Assembly: GCA_937901895.1 (NCBI GenBank)
Contig: CALGTD010000138.1
Span: forward strand, 39,688 to 103,687
DNA: 64,000 nt
Origin: an uncultured Spartobacteria bacterium
Lineage (GTDB): Bacteria; Verrucomicrobiota; Verrucomicrobiia; Chthoniobacterales; JAATET01
Direction: 5' to 3'
In this document: piece by piece, positions 11,344-20,426 of the stretch
Numbering within the stretch: the stretch's first letter is position 1
Layout: each line of letters begins with the position of its first letter
Translations under genes and position numbers: made by a program
Notes under the pieces: generated by a model
Told to the model about the DNA's origin: nothing
Databases searched by the model: none
What the model saw: the letters and a program-made list of their open reading frames with translations, nothing else

Positions 11344-13550
11344 TCGCCGATGTAGAGGGGGAGACGAAGCTTTGCCGCCTGCTTGCGCGCAACGATGAAA
11401 TCCCGCCCGGCCTCCTCATAGCGGGCGGAGAGTCCGAGAATGCGCAGGACGTCGATCGGCTCGTATCCGTGTTCGAGCATCCAGATGCGAAGCCTGCCGA
11501 CCCACGAGATCCAGCGTTCGAGCAGATCTTCGATGGCTCCGCCGTCCAGCGTGGCGAGGTCGCCCTTGCGAAGCCCGGCGAGGTGCGAATCGATCTGCCG
11601 GTTGAACTCGGCCTCGAGCTCTCGAAGGAGTCTGGATGCCTCCGGTTTGTGCTCCTTTGGAATCAACGGGTCGAGTTTTCCGACGGTCACGAGGAGATGG
11701 CCGCCGACGCGCTGAAGCGAATGGAGATACGCCTCGAGCTGCTCAGGCTCGCCGGCCGGGCAAAGCGGCTCCCTCAGGACGTGAATGCGCTGCAGGGTTT
11801 CGCCTGGGATCAGGGCCAGCCTGACCCGTTTCCAGAATGGCACGGATTGCGGCCCCTGTTCCACGATTGCGCGGCACGTGCGCAGGAACTCGATGAACCG
11901 GTCCCGCATCTCCCACTGCGGCAGGGACGGCCACAGGGTTCGCTGGATGAGGGCGGACAGGATCTGCGCGAGCACGATGCCGAGAAAGAAATCCATGATG
12001 GATTGGAACGGAATCGGTCGCTGTCCGTTCAGGGCGAGGATTCCGACGGAGGCAAGCATCGCGAGCTGCATGGGAATGGTCATGCCGCGCGTGGAATAGG
12101 TCAGATAGCCCCACACGAACAGCCATGTGAAGATCACGGTGTTCATCACCGCATAGCTGGAGAGCATTGGCCGCGCTGCGATGAGAATGAGCGAAAGGGC
12201 GAGCATCGCTGCGACGTTGTAGGCCGCGTAGTGAAAGGATCGCCGGTCGCCCTGCCCGCCGGGACTCGTGGCATCGAGAGCAGTGAAGACCCACGCGCCA
12301 AGGACGAACATCGTGCCGCCGGGAATATGCGCCCAATTGTCGATCAGCAGGGCGGCGACGACAGCGATCGCGGATTTCACGCCCGTTTTCATCCAGAATG
12401 GCGGAGGAGTCGGAGGAGCGAACGGCTCCGTCTCGACAGAGCGCTGGGTGGGGTCTGCGGGCAACGAGTCGAGCAGCTCGTGTGCACGCTTGATCTGGTC
12501 GCGGAGGTCGAGAAGCGCCGTGACATGAATGCCGAGGGACATCGCGATCCTGGGATCGACACCGCGCATTCCCTCCGTCTCCCGAATGTCCGAGAGCCGT
12601 CGGTCGAGCGCCTGCACGGCGTCTTCGAGAGCCTCGCGCCGGGCACGGCGGGAATCCACCGTGGAGTCCTCCCGTGAAAGTTCGTCGAGCGATGCTGTGA
12701 TTCGATCATGCAGTGCGCGCAGTTCGCCGGAGACCTCCTGCCGGTAGACCGAGTCACTCGGGAGGGTTCTGCCGAGGGTGACAATCGCCGACGCGATGCG
12801 CGACACGCACGTCGCAATCTCGGAATACGTGGGCAGCCGGGCGCGGAAATAGCTGCTTTCCCGCGCTCCGAAATCGAGGAGGCCGCGCAGGGCGGTGACC
12901 CGCGAGGGAAACCCTTCCGCGCGGCGCACAGCCTCCGCGTTGTGGCCGTCGAAAATGACCGGTGCGCTTTCGGCGAAGCAGTTTCGAAGATCGGCGAAGG
13001 CCGACCGCACATTCTGCCCGAACTCCACCCGTGCGAAGCGCGGCCATAACAGCGACTGGACGACGATCACCGACAGGATGCCGACGCTGACCTCTTCGAT
13101 ACGCAGCAGCATGAACCACCACGAGTGGTCCGGGTCGCTCATGCCGTTGCTCACGACGACGACCATCGTCAGCGCGCACAGCAGGAATGCATAGGGATAC
13201 TTGCTCTGGCCGAACATCGCAGTGGCCGCGCCCACGACAAGACCCACAAGTGTCAGAAAGATGACCGGATTCTGCTGGAACGTTGCGGTGATCAGGTATC
13301 CGAGCACGCCGCCGACTGTGGTGCCAATGATGCGGAAGATCGATTTCTCGGCGATCGCGCCGACGTAATGCGCGATCATGAGCACGTAGACGGTGAAGAG
13401 CGCCCAGGTCGGCTCCTGCAGGCGGACGACGAGTGAGAGAAACACCGCCAGCATGCCGGCGAGCCCGAACTTCAATCCGTAGCGGATTGCGCCGTCGGCA
13501 AAGAAATTCCGAACCGCTGTCAGGGCGCGCGCCATGGCGGTATGCAACAT
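11331..13550 (-). CDS. FUSC/AaeB-like aromatic-acid efflux membrane protein
   Basis: About 740 aa built as two blocks of TM helices separated by a long cytoplasmic helical region, which is the FUSC (fusaric acid resistance / AaeB) layout. The start is either the ATG at 13583 or the one at 13550 (MLHTAMARAL...). It lies divergent from AaeX/AaeA-like genes. Confidence 0.8.
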   Translation of the reverse strand: MLHTAMARALTAVRNFFADGAIRYGLKFGLAGMLAVFLSLVVRLQEPTWALFTVYVLMIAHYVGAIAEKSIFRIIGTTVGGVLGYLITATFQQNPVIFLTLVGLVVGAATAMFGQSKYPYAFLLCALTMVVVVSNGMSDPDHSWWFMLLRIEEVSVGILSVIVVQSLLWPRFARVEFGQNVRSAFADLRNCFAESAPVIFDGHNAEAVRRAEGFPSRVTALRGLLDFGARESSYFRARLPTYSEIATCVSRIASAIVTLGRTLPSDSVYRQEVSGELRALHDRITASLDELSREDSTVDSRRARREALEDAVQALDRRLSDIRETEGMRGVDPRIAMSLGIHVTALLDLRDQIKRAHELLDSLPADPTQRSVETEPFAPPTPPPFWMKTGVKSAIAVVAALLIDNWAHIPGGTMFVLGAWVFTALDATSPGGQGDRRSFHYAAYNVAAMLALSLILIAARPMLSSYAVMNTVIFTWLFVWGYLTYSTRGMTIPMQLAMLASVGILALNGQRPIPFQSIMDFFLGIVLAQILSALIQRTLWPSLPQWEMRDRFIEFLRTCRAIVEQGPQSVPFWKRVRLALIPGETLQRIHVLREPLCPAGEPEQLEAYLHSLQRVGGHLLVTVGKLDPLIPKEHKPEASRLLRELEAEFNRQIDSHLAGLRKGDLATLDGGAIEDLLERWISWVGRLRIWMLEHGYEPIDVLRILGLSARYEEAGRDFIVARKQAAKLRLPLYIGDYAL

Positions 13551-13649
13551 GCCGGAAGCTTTCCGCCGCAAGCAAATCTCCATGGAGCCGGACCGCTTCG
13601 GCGAACGCTCGCGCTTGCGCGGCGGTCGCGGAAATGGAAACTGGTCGCC

Positions 13650-13871
13650 ATGTCGTGGCTCGACCAGCTTCGCACGCCGGAGATCCGGATCGGCGAATTT
13701 CTGATTCCCTGGGGAATGATGGTAAGCACGCTGGGATTTCTCGCTGCGTGGTTCCTCGTTTCACTCGCCGAGCGCCTTTGCTGGACGCGGCATGTCTGGC
13801 AGCTCCCTGCATTCTTCATTGCGCTTGCGGTCTTTCTTGGCTGTCTTTTCGGTCTCGTTCTCGCCCCGTGA
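13650..13871 (+). CDS. DUF1656/AaeX-like small membrane protein (73 aa)
   Basis: ORF 13542..13871 trimmed to the ATG at 13650 (MSWLDQLRTPEIRIGEFLIPWGMM...). It has two TM helices and sits directly before, and overlapping, a HlyD-family gene, as in aaeXA. Confidence 0.7.
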   Translation: MSWLDQLRTPEIRIGEFLIPWGMMVSTLGFLAAWFLVSLAERLCWTRHVWQLPAFFIALAVFLGCLFGLVLAP

Positions 13872-14734
13872 CAAAATCGATTTCGAAATATCTCGTCACG
13901 TGCACGGCGATCGCACTCGCCGTGGTCGCGGCGTTGTTGATGTATGACCGCTACACGACGCGGCCATGGACCCGGGATGCACAGGTTCGCGCAAATGTCG
14001 TTGGCATCGCGGCGCGCGTTGCCGGACCGATCATCCAGATTCCAGTGAAGGACAACCAGGCGGTAAAGAAGGGCGACCTCCTTTTCGAGATCGACCCCGC
14101 CCCGTTCCAGGCGACCCTCGCCAACGCCAAAGCGAAGCTGCAGCAGGCCGAGGCCGCGCGGCTTCAGGCCGAGCAGGATCTGCAGCGGATGACCGAGCTC
14201 TACAAGACCCAGGTCGTGGACCAGAAGGCGTATCAGGATGCGCAGGACAACTACGCCGCCGCCGAGGCAAACGTCGCGGCCGCCCAGGCCGACGTCGTGA
14301 CCGCCCAGCTGAATCTCGACTACACGAAAGTGGTGGCTCCCGTGGACGGATACCTCACGAATGTGAACACGAGTCCTGGCACTTACGTCTACGGCGGTCA
14401 GCAGCTCCTCGCACTCGTGGATTCCAGCTCGTTCTGGATCGCAGCGTATTTCAAGGAAACGCAGCTCAAGCATGTCAACGAAGGCGACCGTGTGCGGCTG
14501 ACGTTGATGGGCCACCCGGAGCAGCCCTTCGAGGGCGAGGTCAGAAGCATCGGGTGGGGAATTTTCCTCGAGGACGGCTCGACGTCGTCGGAGGATCTGC
14601 TGCCGATCGTGAGCCAGACGATCGATTGGGTGCGTCTGCCGCAGCGCTTTCCCGTGCGGATTCATGTAACCGGGCAACCGCCGATTCCACTGCGGATCGG
14701 GCAGACGGTGTCCGCCGGAATTCAGGGGAAGTAG
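13868..14734 (+). CDS. HlyD-family membrane fusion protein, AaeA-like (288 aa)
   Basis: The in-frame GTG at 13868 overlaps the upstream TGA. One N-terminal TM helix is followed by biotinyl-lipoyl-like hairpin motifs (VAGPIIQIPVKDNQAVKKGDLLFEIDP ... VVAPVDGYLTNV) with a coiled coil between them. Confidence 0.85.
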   Translation: MTKSISKYLVTCTAIALAVVAALLMYDRYTTRPWTRDAQVRANVVGIAARVAGPIIQIPVKDNQAVKKGDLLFEIDPAPFQATLANAKAKLQQAEAARLQAEQDLQRMTELYKTQVVDQKAYQDAQDNYAAAEANVAAAQADVVTAQLNLDYTKVVAPVDGYLTNVNTSPGTYVYGGQQLLALVDSSSFWIAAYFKETQLKHVNEGDRVRLTLMGHPEQPFEGEVRSIGWGIFLEDGSTSSEDLLPIVSQTIDWVRLPQRFPVRIHVTGQPPIPLRIGQTVSAGIQGK

Positions 14735-14766
14735 CGTCCCGCACTGCCCCTGAGCCCCTGCCGACG

Positions 14767-15987
14767 CTAGGGGCGCATGTAGGGGGTGTGGCAGAAGATC
14801 CAGTTCGCGAAGCCGTTGATCGCGATCGAGACGGCGATCAACGCCGGCGCCCAGCCGATCTTCTTTCGAGGTTCGCCTTCGAGGAGGAGGACGAGCAACC
14901 ACGGAAACAGGACGCTCGCATAGCGGTAGGACACCTGCCAGCCGCCGGGATTGCCGTGAATCCAGAGAAGGAATGTGAGCATGGCAACGGCGGTCCAGCA
15001 CGCGACGCGCATCGTCGGGTTACCGCGGCGGATGCGGAATAGCACGAGCAGGAGGAAGGGCGAGTAAAGGAACAGCGAGCCACCCCAGCCGGTGGGAACC
15101 AGCCACGGAAATTCGGGGAGTTGTCTCCACGGCTCGATGAGCATCGCGTAGGCGTTCCGCGGGATGGCGGAAAGTGCGAAGATGCCGTCGCGATACCATG
15201 GCTCCTCGAGAACCCCCGGGATGCGTGCGTAGCCAAAATCGAAGGGTGTGCCGAAGCGTGCGGCATTGTAGGCGAGCGTGGCCACGCCGAGAAGGAAGGG
15301 CACGATCGAGAACAGAACGATACGGCGCAGCCAGTCCGGCGGGCGCTGGCCGAGGAGAAGGAAGTAGAGAATCGGCGCCGTGAGAAGAATCTCCGTGCGG
15401 TTGCCGAACCCGAGTGCGAAGAAGGCGCCGGCGAGAAACGGCCGTGGCGTTCCCGTCGAGAAATAGATCGCGCCAAGCGTGCCAAGGACGGCGAAACCGA
15501 GAGCCATCTGCCAGGCGCCGCCGTAGGACAGGTTCGGCCACAGGCACGTCGCGAAGAGCGGCGTGAACGCGAAGAGAATCTTCTTCCAGGCCGGCAGACC
15601 ATGACGACCCGCGAGCGCGTATGCAAAGGCCGCGATGCCGGCAGCGATGAGCGACAGGAATCCCCGGAGAAGCAGAAACTGAGTCGCCTTTTGCTCCGGC
15701 ACCCCGAACCAGAAGTTGTCGTGATTGCGTGTCGGGATGGCGAGTGGCATCGCGCTCAGGACGCTGCCGAGGGGGAAGACACTGAAATAGCGGCCGTCGT
15801 GGGGAACCATCTCGTTCAACCACGGCGGGGGTTGGACTCCCGTGCCTGTGGAACCGTCGAGCAGCCAGACGGCGACGCGGCGCGTGTAGTCATACTCCGC
15901 ATGCGGGGACGGTGTGGAGAACCACATGATCCCGAAGGCACATCCGGCGACGAGAACGACCTGCAGGGGGAAGGGAAGCCGTGCCAT
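14767..15987 (-). CDS. Polytopic membrane protein, putative GT-C (PMT_2/ArnT-like) glycosyltransferase
   Basis: About 406 aa with at least 10 predicted TM helices, plus a Trp/aromatic-rich loop pattern and overall architecture resembling ArnT/PMT-family GT-C enzymes. The start is taken at MARLPF (15987); the ATG at 16017 is an alternative. Confidence 0.55.
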   Translation of the reverse strand: MARLPFPLQVVLVAGCAFGIMWFSTPSPHAEYDYTRRVAVWLLDGSTGTGVQPPPWLNEMVPHDGRYFSVFPLGSVLSAMPLAIPTRNHDNFWFGVPEQKATQFLLLRGFLSLIAAGIAAFAYALAGRHGLPAWKKILFAFTPLFATCLWPNLSYGGAWQMALGFAVLGTLGAIYFSTGTPRPFLAGAFFALGFGNRTEILLTAPILYFLLLGQRPPDWLRRIVLFSIVPFLLGVATLAYNAARFGTPFDFGYARIPGVLEEPWYRDGIFALSAIPRNAYAMLIEPWRQLPEFPWLVPTGWGGSLFLYSPFLLLVLFRIRRGNPTMRVACWTAVAMLTFLLWIHGNPGGWQVSYRYASVLFPWLLVLLLEGEPRKKIGWAPALIAVSIAINGFANWIFCHTPYMRP

Positions 15988-16473
15988 TCCGGGAAATCTC
16001 CACGCCGCCGCGTGCACGAGGCAAGCTCGTTGTCATCCGGCCTCGCAACGGGTGGAACCCTCGCGCCGATGGAATCCGGCGCGGTGAATGCCTGGAATAC
16101 CGACCGGTGAGCTGGGTCTGGTTCTGCGGGTAGCAGACCCGGTGACGAGTTTTTCGGAACCGACTGGGTCAGGCTCATTCCCTTTGACGAAGGTCACGCG
16201 TTATCGATCCTTGCATCCGCATCTTCGGGGCACTGGCGTCAATCGGAGGCGAGCGGCCGTTGCGGGCGAACCCCAGAGCTCCCGCCGCAGAAGAGGATTC
16301 CGGGCGGCGGGCACGATCGTGCATCGGGTTTTCGGCAAGCACTCCTTCGATGGGATGAGGATGTGCTGGAGTTCATCTGGAATCCGGAAGTCAGGAATCC
16401 GGGCCTGTCTGGTGCAGAACACCACGGGTATTTTCCCTTTCCGGTGGCCATGCGATTGGCTATAGCCCGCGAC

Positions 16474-16797
16474 ATGTCCTCCCCCGACAATGCACCGGCC
16501 GCGCCGGATTGGGACGCCATCGCCCGCGATCCGGCATTCAGGATCCTCCTTGCGGACAAGATCAAGTTCCTCGTTCCTGCGACGATTTTCTTCGTCATCT
16601 ATTACTTCGCGCTGCCCGTGCTCGTGGGCTTTTATCCGGAGTTCATGAGCCGGGAGGTATTCGGCTCGCTGAATCTCGCGTATCTGTTTGCGCTCTCGCA
16701 GTTCTTCATGGCGTGGATCCTTGCGGGGCTCTACGTCGTTGTGGCGCGGCGCTGGGATCGCGATTCCGACGCTGTCTTGAAGAAGCTTGGACGATGA
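16474..16797 (+). CDS. DUF485 (YjcH-like) inner membrane protein
   Basis: Trimmed to the ATG at 16474 (MSSPDNAPAAPDWDAIARDPAFRILLADKIKF...). It has two TM helices, and its stop overlaps the actP ATG (ATGA at 16794-16797), the classic yjcH-actP pairing. Confidence 0.8.
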   Translation: MSSPDNAPAAPDWDAIARDPAFRILLADKIKFLVPATIFFVIYYFALPVLVGFYPEFMSREVFGSLNLAYLFALSQFFMAWILAGLYVVVARRWDRDSDAVLKKLGR

Positions 16798-18386
16798 TGC
16801 CGCTTTTTTTCGCCCAGGCAGATCCCCCGGCGCAAACCGACCGGGTCGCGCTATTCATGTTCCTGGCGTTCGTCGCGGCGACGCTGGTGATCACGTATTT
16901 CAGTGCGCGTAAATCGAAGGGCTCGAGCGCGTATTTCGCGGCGGGCCGGCGCATCACCGGATGGCAGAACGGCCTGGCCGTCGCGGGCGACTATATGAGC
17001 GCGGCGAGCTTTCTCGGCATCGCGGGCATGATCGCACTGAATGGCTACGACGGCTTCATGTATTCCGTAGGGTTTCTTGTCGCCTATCTCACGGTGCTCT
17101 TCATCGTCGCGGAGCCGCTCCGCAACGCGGGCAAATACACGATGGCGGACCTTCTCGCATATCGGCTGAAACCCCGGCCGGTTCGCGCGATGGCCTCGCT
17201 GAGCACGCTTACGGTTTCGATCTTCTACATGATCGCGCAGATGGTGGGCGCGGGAGCTCTCGTGAAGCTTCTGCTTCCCGCCATCAGCTACGAGCAGGCG
17301 GTGATCGGAGTCGGTGTGCTGATGGTCGTCTACGTCGTGTTTGGCGGAATGATCGCCACGACCTGGGTGCAGATCATCAAGGCAGTGCTTCTCATGAGCG
17401 GCAGCATCTTCCTGAGCATCCTCGTGATGGCGAAGTTCGACTTCAGCGTGATGAAGTTCTTCGATTCGCTGACCGCGATTTCATCGACCGCCGCGGATGG
17501 CACTGAGGTAACGCGCAACTTCCTCACGCCCGGCTTGCTCTTCAAGAACCCGTGGGACCAGATCTCGCTCGGGCTTGCGCTCGTGTTCGGCACGGCGGGC
17601 CTGCCGCACATCCTGATCCGCTTCTACACGGTTCCCGACGCGCGCACGGCGCGGTCGAGCGTCGTGTGGGCGATGGTGATCATCGGCCTGTTCTACATCA
17701 TGACGACGTTCTTCGGGTTCGGCGCTGCGAGCCTGCTCGGGCCGGACTTCATCAACGCCCATGGCGGGACAAACATGGCGGCCCCGGAACTTGCGCGCGC
17801 ACTGGGCGGCAACATTTTCTTTGCGTTCATCAGCGCGGTGGCATTTGCGACGATCCTTGCCGTCGTCGCCGGACTCACGATCAGCGCGAGCACGAGCTTT
17901 GCGCACGATTTTTTCACGAACGTCATTCATCACGGTCGAGAACACCGGCCTGGCGAGGAGGTGCGTGTCGCGCGCATCACCGCGTTTGTTGTTGGTGCGC
18001 TCTCGATTGGAATTGCGATCATCCTCGGGCCGACGGTGAACGTTGCCTTCCTTGTCGGACTGGCCTTCGCCGTGGCGGCCAGTGCGAATCTTCCCGCGAT
18101 CGTGCTGTCGATTTTCTGGAAGCGCTTCAACACGACCGGTGCGGTGTGCGGCCTTGGGGTCGGACTGGTCTCGAGCATAGCGCTCATTCTGGTCAGTCCC
18201 GACTTCATGAAGGAGAATCCGATCTTTCCGCTGAAGAATCCGGCGCTGCTCAGCATGCCGCTGGGCTTTCTCGGTGCGATCCTAGGCACGCTCTTTACCC
18301 ACGAGCCTTCGTCGGAGGACAAGTTCACCGAACTCGAAGTCCGCGCGAACACCGGGCTTGGCGCGGAGAAGGCGACGGAACATTGA
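16794..18386 (+). CDS. actP: Cation/acetate symporter, SSF family
   Basis: ORF 16509..18386 trimmed to MMPLFFAQADPP... at 16794. Typical ActP sequence follows: SAYFAAGRRITGWQNGLAVAGDYMSAASFLGIAGMIALNGYDGFMYSVGF... 530 aa. Confidence 0.9.
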   Translation: MMPLFFAQADPPAQTDRVALFMFLAFVAATLVITYFSARKSKGSSAYFAAGRRITGWQNGLAVAGDYMSAASFLGIAGMIALNGYDGFMYSVGFLVAYLTVLFIVAEPLRNAGKYTMADLLAYRLKPRPVRAMASLSTLTVSIFYMIAQMVGAGALVKLLLPAISYEQAVIGVGVLMVVYVVFGGMIATTWVQIIKAVLLMSGSIFLSILVMAKFDFSVMKFFDSLTAISSTAADGTEVTRNFLTPGLLFKNPWDQISLGLALVFGTAGLPHILIRFYTVPDARTARSSVVWAMVIIGLFYIMTTFFGFGAASLLGPDFINAHGGTNMAAPELARALGGNIFFAFISAVAFATILAVVAGLTISASTSFAHDFFTNVIHHGREHRPGEEVRVARITAFVVGALSIGIAIILGPTVNVAFLVGLAFAVAASANLPAIVLSIFWKRFNTTGAVCGLGVGLVSSIALILVSPDFMKENPIFPLKNPALLSMPLGFLGAILGTLFTHEPSSEDKFTELEVRANTGLGAEKATEH

Positions 18387-18445
18387 GACGTCGTTCGCGG
18401 GTTCGACCGCTCGACATTTTAGCGCGTCGGGATCACAGTCCGGGC

Positions 18446-19372
18446 ATGCGCGGATGGGTTTCAATTGCCGTCCTGTTGTTGGTGGTCTTCTTGAAAGACG
18501 CTCCTGCGGCGACGGTTACCGCCGCGGAAGCGCGATCGATGGCAGGTCGCGAGGCCTCCGTGCGGGGAACCGTTACGCAACTGGGGCAGATTCCCGCCGG
18601 CACCGGACCGTTGGTGCTCGAACTCGACGGCGAGCCGCGTGCGACGGTGTTTCGAGTCATCATTCCAGCGAATCTGCTGTCCGCTTTTGGCGAGAGTCCG
18701 CGGCAGCGGTTTCGCGATCGGGAGATTACGGTTACCGGGCAGATCGCGCTGTATCGAAATGTCCCGCAGATCGTCGTGACCGACGCCGCGCAAGTTCGGA
18801 TCGGCGACGAGCCGAAGGAAGCGTCGGAGGATGACGCTGACGAGAAAAGTGCTGAGGATGAAGGGCGCAAGGCTCGCAAGAAGTCGGAGCAATCCTCCTC
18901 GACTCGCACGCAGGAAAATCTGCTGAAGAACGCGGATTTTTCGAACGGTGCGAAGCATTGGAAACTGCCGAAGGCGGCGGAGGTTGCCGACGGAGTGCTG
19001 CGCATCCGTCTTGATCCGAAAAAATCCGTGCTGGTGCAGCAGACGTTTTCCGGCATCCCGCAGGACGCGATCCAGTTTCAGGCGGTCTTCCGGGCGCAGC
19101 TTGCGGAGGGTTCTTCGTTGTCCAAGCCGCTGATGCTGCGACTCGGGCCGAGCATTTCCGAATCAAGCTACCTTGCGCGTCCGGTGAAATCCAGTCCCGG
19201 CGAATGGACGCAGATCAAGTGGACCCGCACCGCGGACCTCAAGGGCCATTCGACAATGACGTTTTTCATTGAAGTCGGCCCCGGCGAGGGTGAGCTCCTG
19301 ATCGACGACGTGGTCCTCTTTGCCCATCCTGATTGGAAGGACAAGAAGACATGGAAGCCGTCCGACGGATGA
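18446..19372 (+). CDS. Secreted protein: signal peptide, OB-fold-like domain, charged linker, and a CBM4_9/galactose-binding-like domain
   Basis: ORF 17552..19372 trimmed to the ATG at 18446 (MRGWVSIAVLLLVVFL...). There is an OB-like segment (ASVRGTVTQLG...ITVTGQIALYRNVPQIVV) and an acidic/Lys-rich linker. The C-terminal NLLKNADFSNGAKHWK... ends in ELLIDDVVLF, which is typical of CBM_4_9 jelly rolls. Confidence 0.6.
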   Translation: MRGWVSIAVLLLVVFLKDAPAATVTAAEARSMAGREASVRGTVTQLGQIPAGTGPLVLELDGEPRATVFRVIIPANLLSAFGESPRQRFRDREITVTGQIALYRNVPQIVVTDAAQVRIGDEPKEASEDDADEKSAEDEGRKARKKSEQSSSTRTQENLLKNADFSNGAKHWKLPKAAEVADGVLRIRLDPKKSVLVQQTFSGIPQDAIQFQAVFRAQLAEGSSLSKPLMLRLGPSISESSYLARPVKSSPGEWTQIKWTRTADLKGHSTMTFFIEVGPGEGELLIDDVVLFAHPDWKDKKTWKPSDG

Positions 19373-19396
19373 CTTTTGGAGCCGCTTTCGGCACGC

Positions 19397-19756
19397 TCAA
19401 AGTTTGAGCATTTTCACGAGAGTGGAAGGCAGACCCTCCGGCACTTTCACGCGCGGCGGGTTGTCTGCCAGCATCTGCGCGGCGAGCATTTCGAGCCAGG
19501 GGCGTGAACACTCCACCTTCGTCGGAACGAAGGTGAGGGCGCCGTCCTGTTCCTCCAGGCGATAGGCGACCTTCGCTTCGATCGGCTGCGTTTCTCCGGC
19601 CAGATCGGCGGAGACTTCGATGGTGTGGGATTCGGAATCGATGCGGAGCGTCGTCATGTGGCCGAGGGATTTGAAGTGGTGATTCAGGTAGGCGCGGGCC
19701 GCTCGCGAAACTGCGAGATCCTTGAGAAACGTGAGAGTGCCCATTGCCGACACCAT
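19397..19756 (-). CDS. Hypothetical protein (119 aa)
   Basis: C-terminal part of ORF 19397..20125, starting at the ATG at 19756 (MVSAMGTLTFLKDLAVS...). Codon usage is coding-like. The upstream part of that ORF is Arg-rich and overlaps the next gene. Confidence 0.45.
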   Translation of the reverse strand: MVSAMGTLTFLKDLAVSRAARAYLNHHFKSLGHMTTLRIDSESHTIEVSADLAGETQPIEAKVAYRLEEQDGALTFVPTKVECSRPWLEMLAAQMLADNPPRVKVPEGLPSTLVKMLKL

Positions 19757-19815
19757 CGCATGCGATGCCGGTATCCGTCCCGCGTTCCGTGCAGATTTTT
19801 CCAGTCTTCGTCGGA

Positions 19816-20301
19816 TCAGCCGCGGCGTGCGGCGTCGATCGCGGCGACGTCGATTTTCCCCATCGTCATCATGGCCTCGAATGCGCGCTTCGCCTCCGCT
19901 CCGCCTGCGGCCATCGCCTCGGTGAGCGTGCGTGGCGTGATCTGCCACGAGATGCCCCAGCGGTCCTGACACCATCCGCATTCGCTGGCCTCGCCGCCGT
20001 TGCCGACGATCGCGTCCCAATAGCGATCCGTCTCCTCCTGCGTGTCGGTCGCGATCTGGAAGGAGAAGGCAATGTTGTGCGTGATGCCGGGGCCGCCGTT
20101 CAGTCCGATGCAGGGGATTCCGCATACGGTGAATTCGACGACCAGCACGTCACCCTCCTTGCCGGAGGGATAGTCCGAGGGCGCGCGATGCACGGCTCCG
20201 ACCTCGCTGTCCGGGAAGACCGACGCATAGAAGCGCGCGGCCTCCTCCGCATCTTTGTCGAACCATAGGCAGACCGTATTCTTGGGAGCAGGATTTCTCA
20301 T
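19816..20301 (-). CDS. VOC-superfamily protein, PhnB / 3-demethylubiquinone-9 3-methyltransferase-domain family
   Basis: 161 aa. VCLWFDKDAEEAARFYASVFPDSEV ... FTVCGIPCIGLNGGPGITHNIAFSFQI ... ETDRYWDAIVGNGGEASECGWCQDRWGISWQITP is the characteristic sequence of this family. Confidence 0.85.
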   Translation of the reverse strand: MRNPAPKNTVCLWFDKDAEEAARFYASVFPDSEVGAVHRAPSDYPSGKEGDVLVVEFTVCGIPCIGLNGGPGITHNIAFSFQIATDTQEETDRYWDAIVGNGGEASECGWCQDRWGISWQITPRTLTEAMAAGGAEAKRAFEAMMTMGKIDVAAIDAARRG

Positions 20302-20426
20302 GGCAGGTATTCGTTTTTCAAAGACTCGACGAACGGGTCGCCGTCTTTCGGACAGGAATCTCTTGAGATGCTGCTGTCGTGGTTGGGATGGGTTGACTTT
20401 TGCAAATCCGTTGCGACGGTTGCCTC

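Noticed and set aside
17552-19372. 606-aa ORF suggesting a large protein overlapping actP. Similar N-terminal extensions occur in ORFs 48131..49939, 16509..18386, 13433..14734, 9913..11343, 50126..51688 and 1072..2487.
   Set aside because: The extensions run through the preceding, well-supported genes in other frames and are compositionally aberrant. Internal starts with signal peptides or overlap-coupled GTG/ATG codons fit better.
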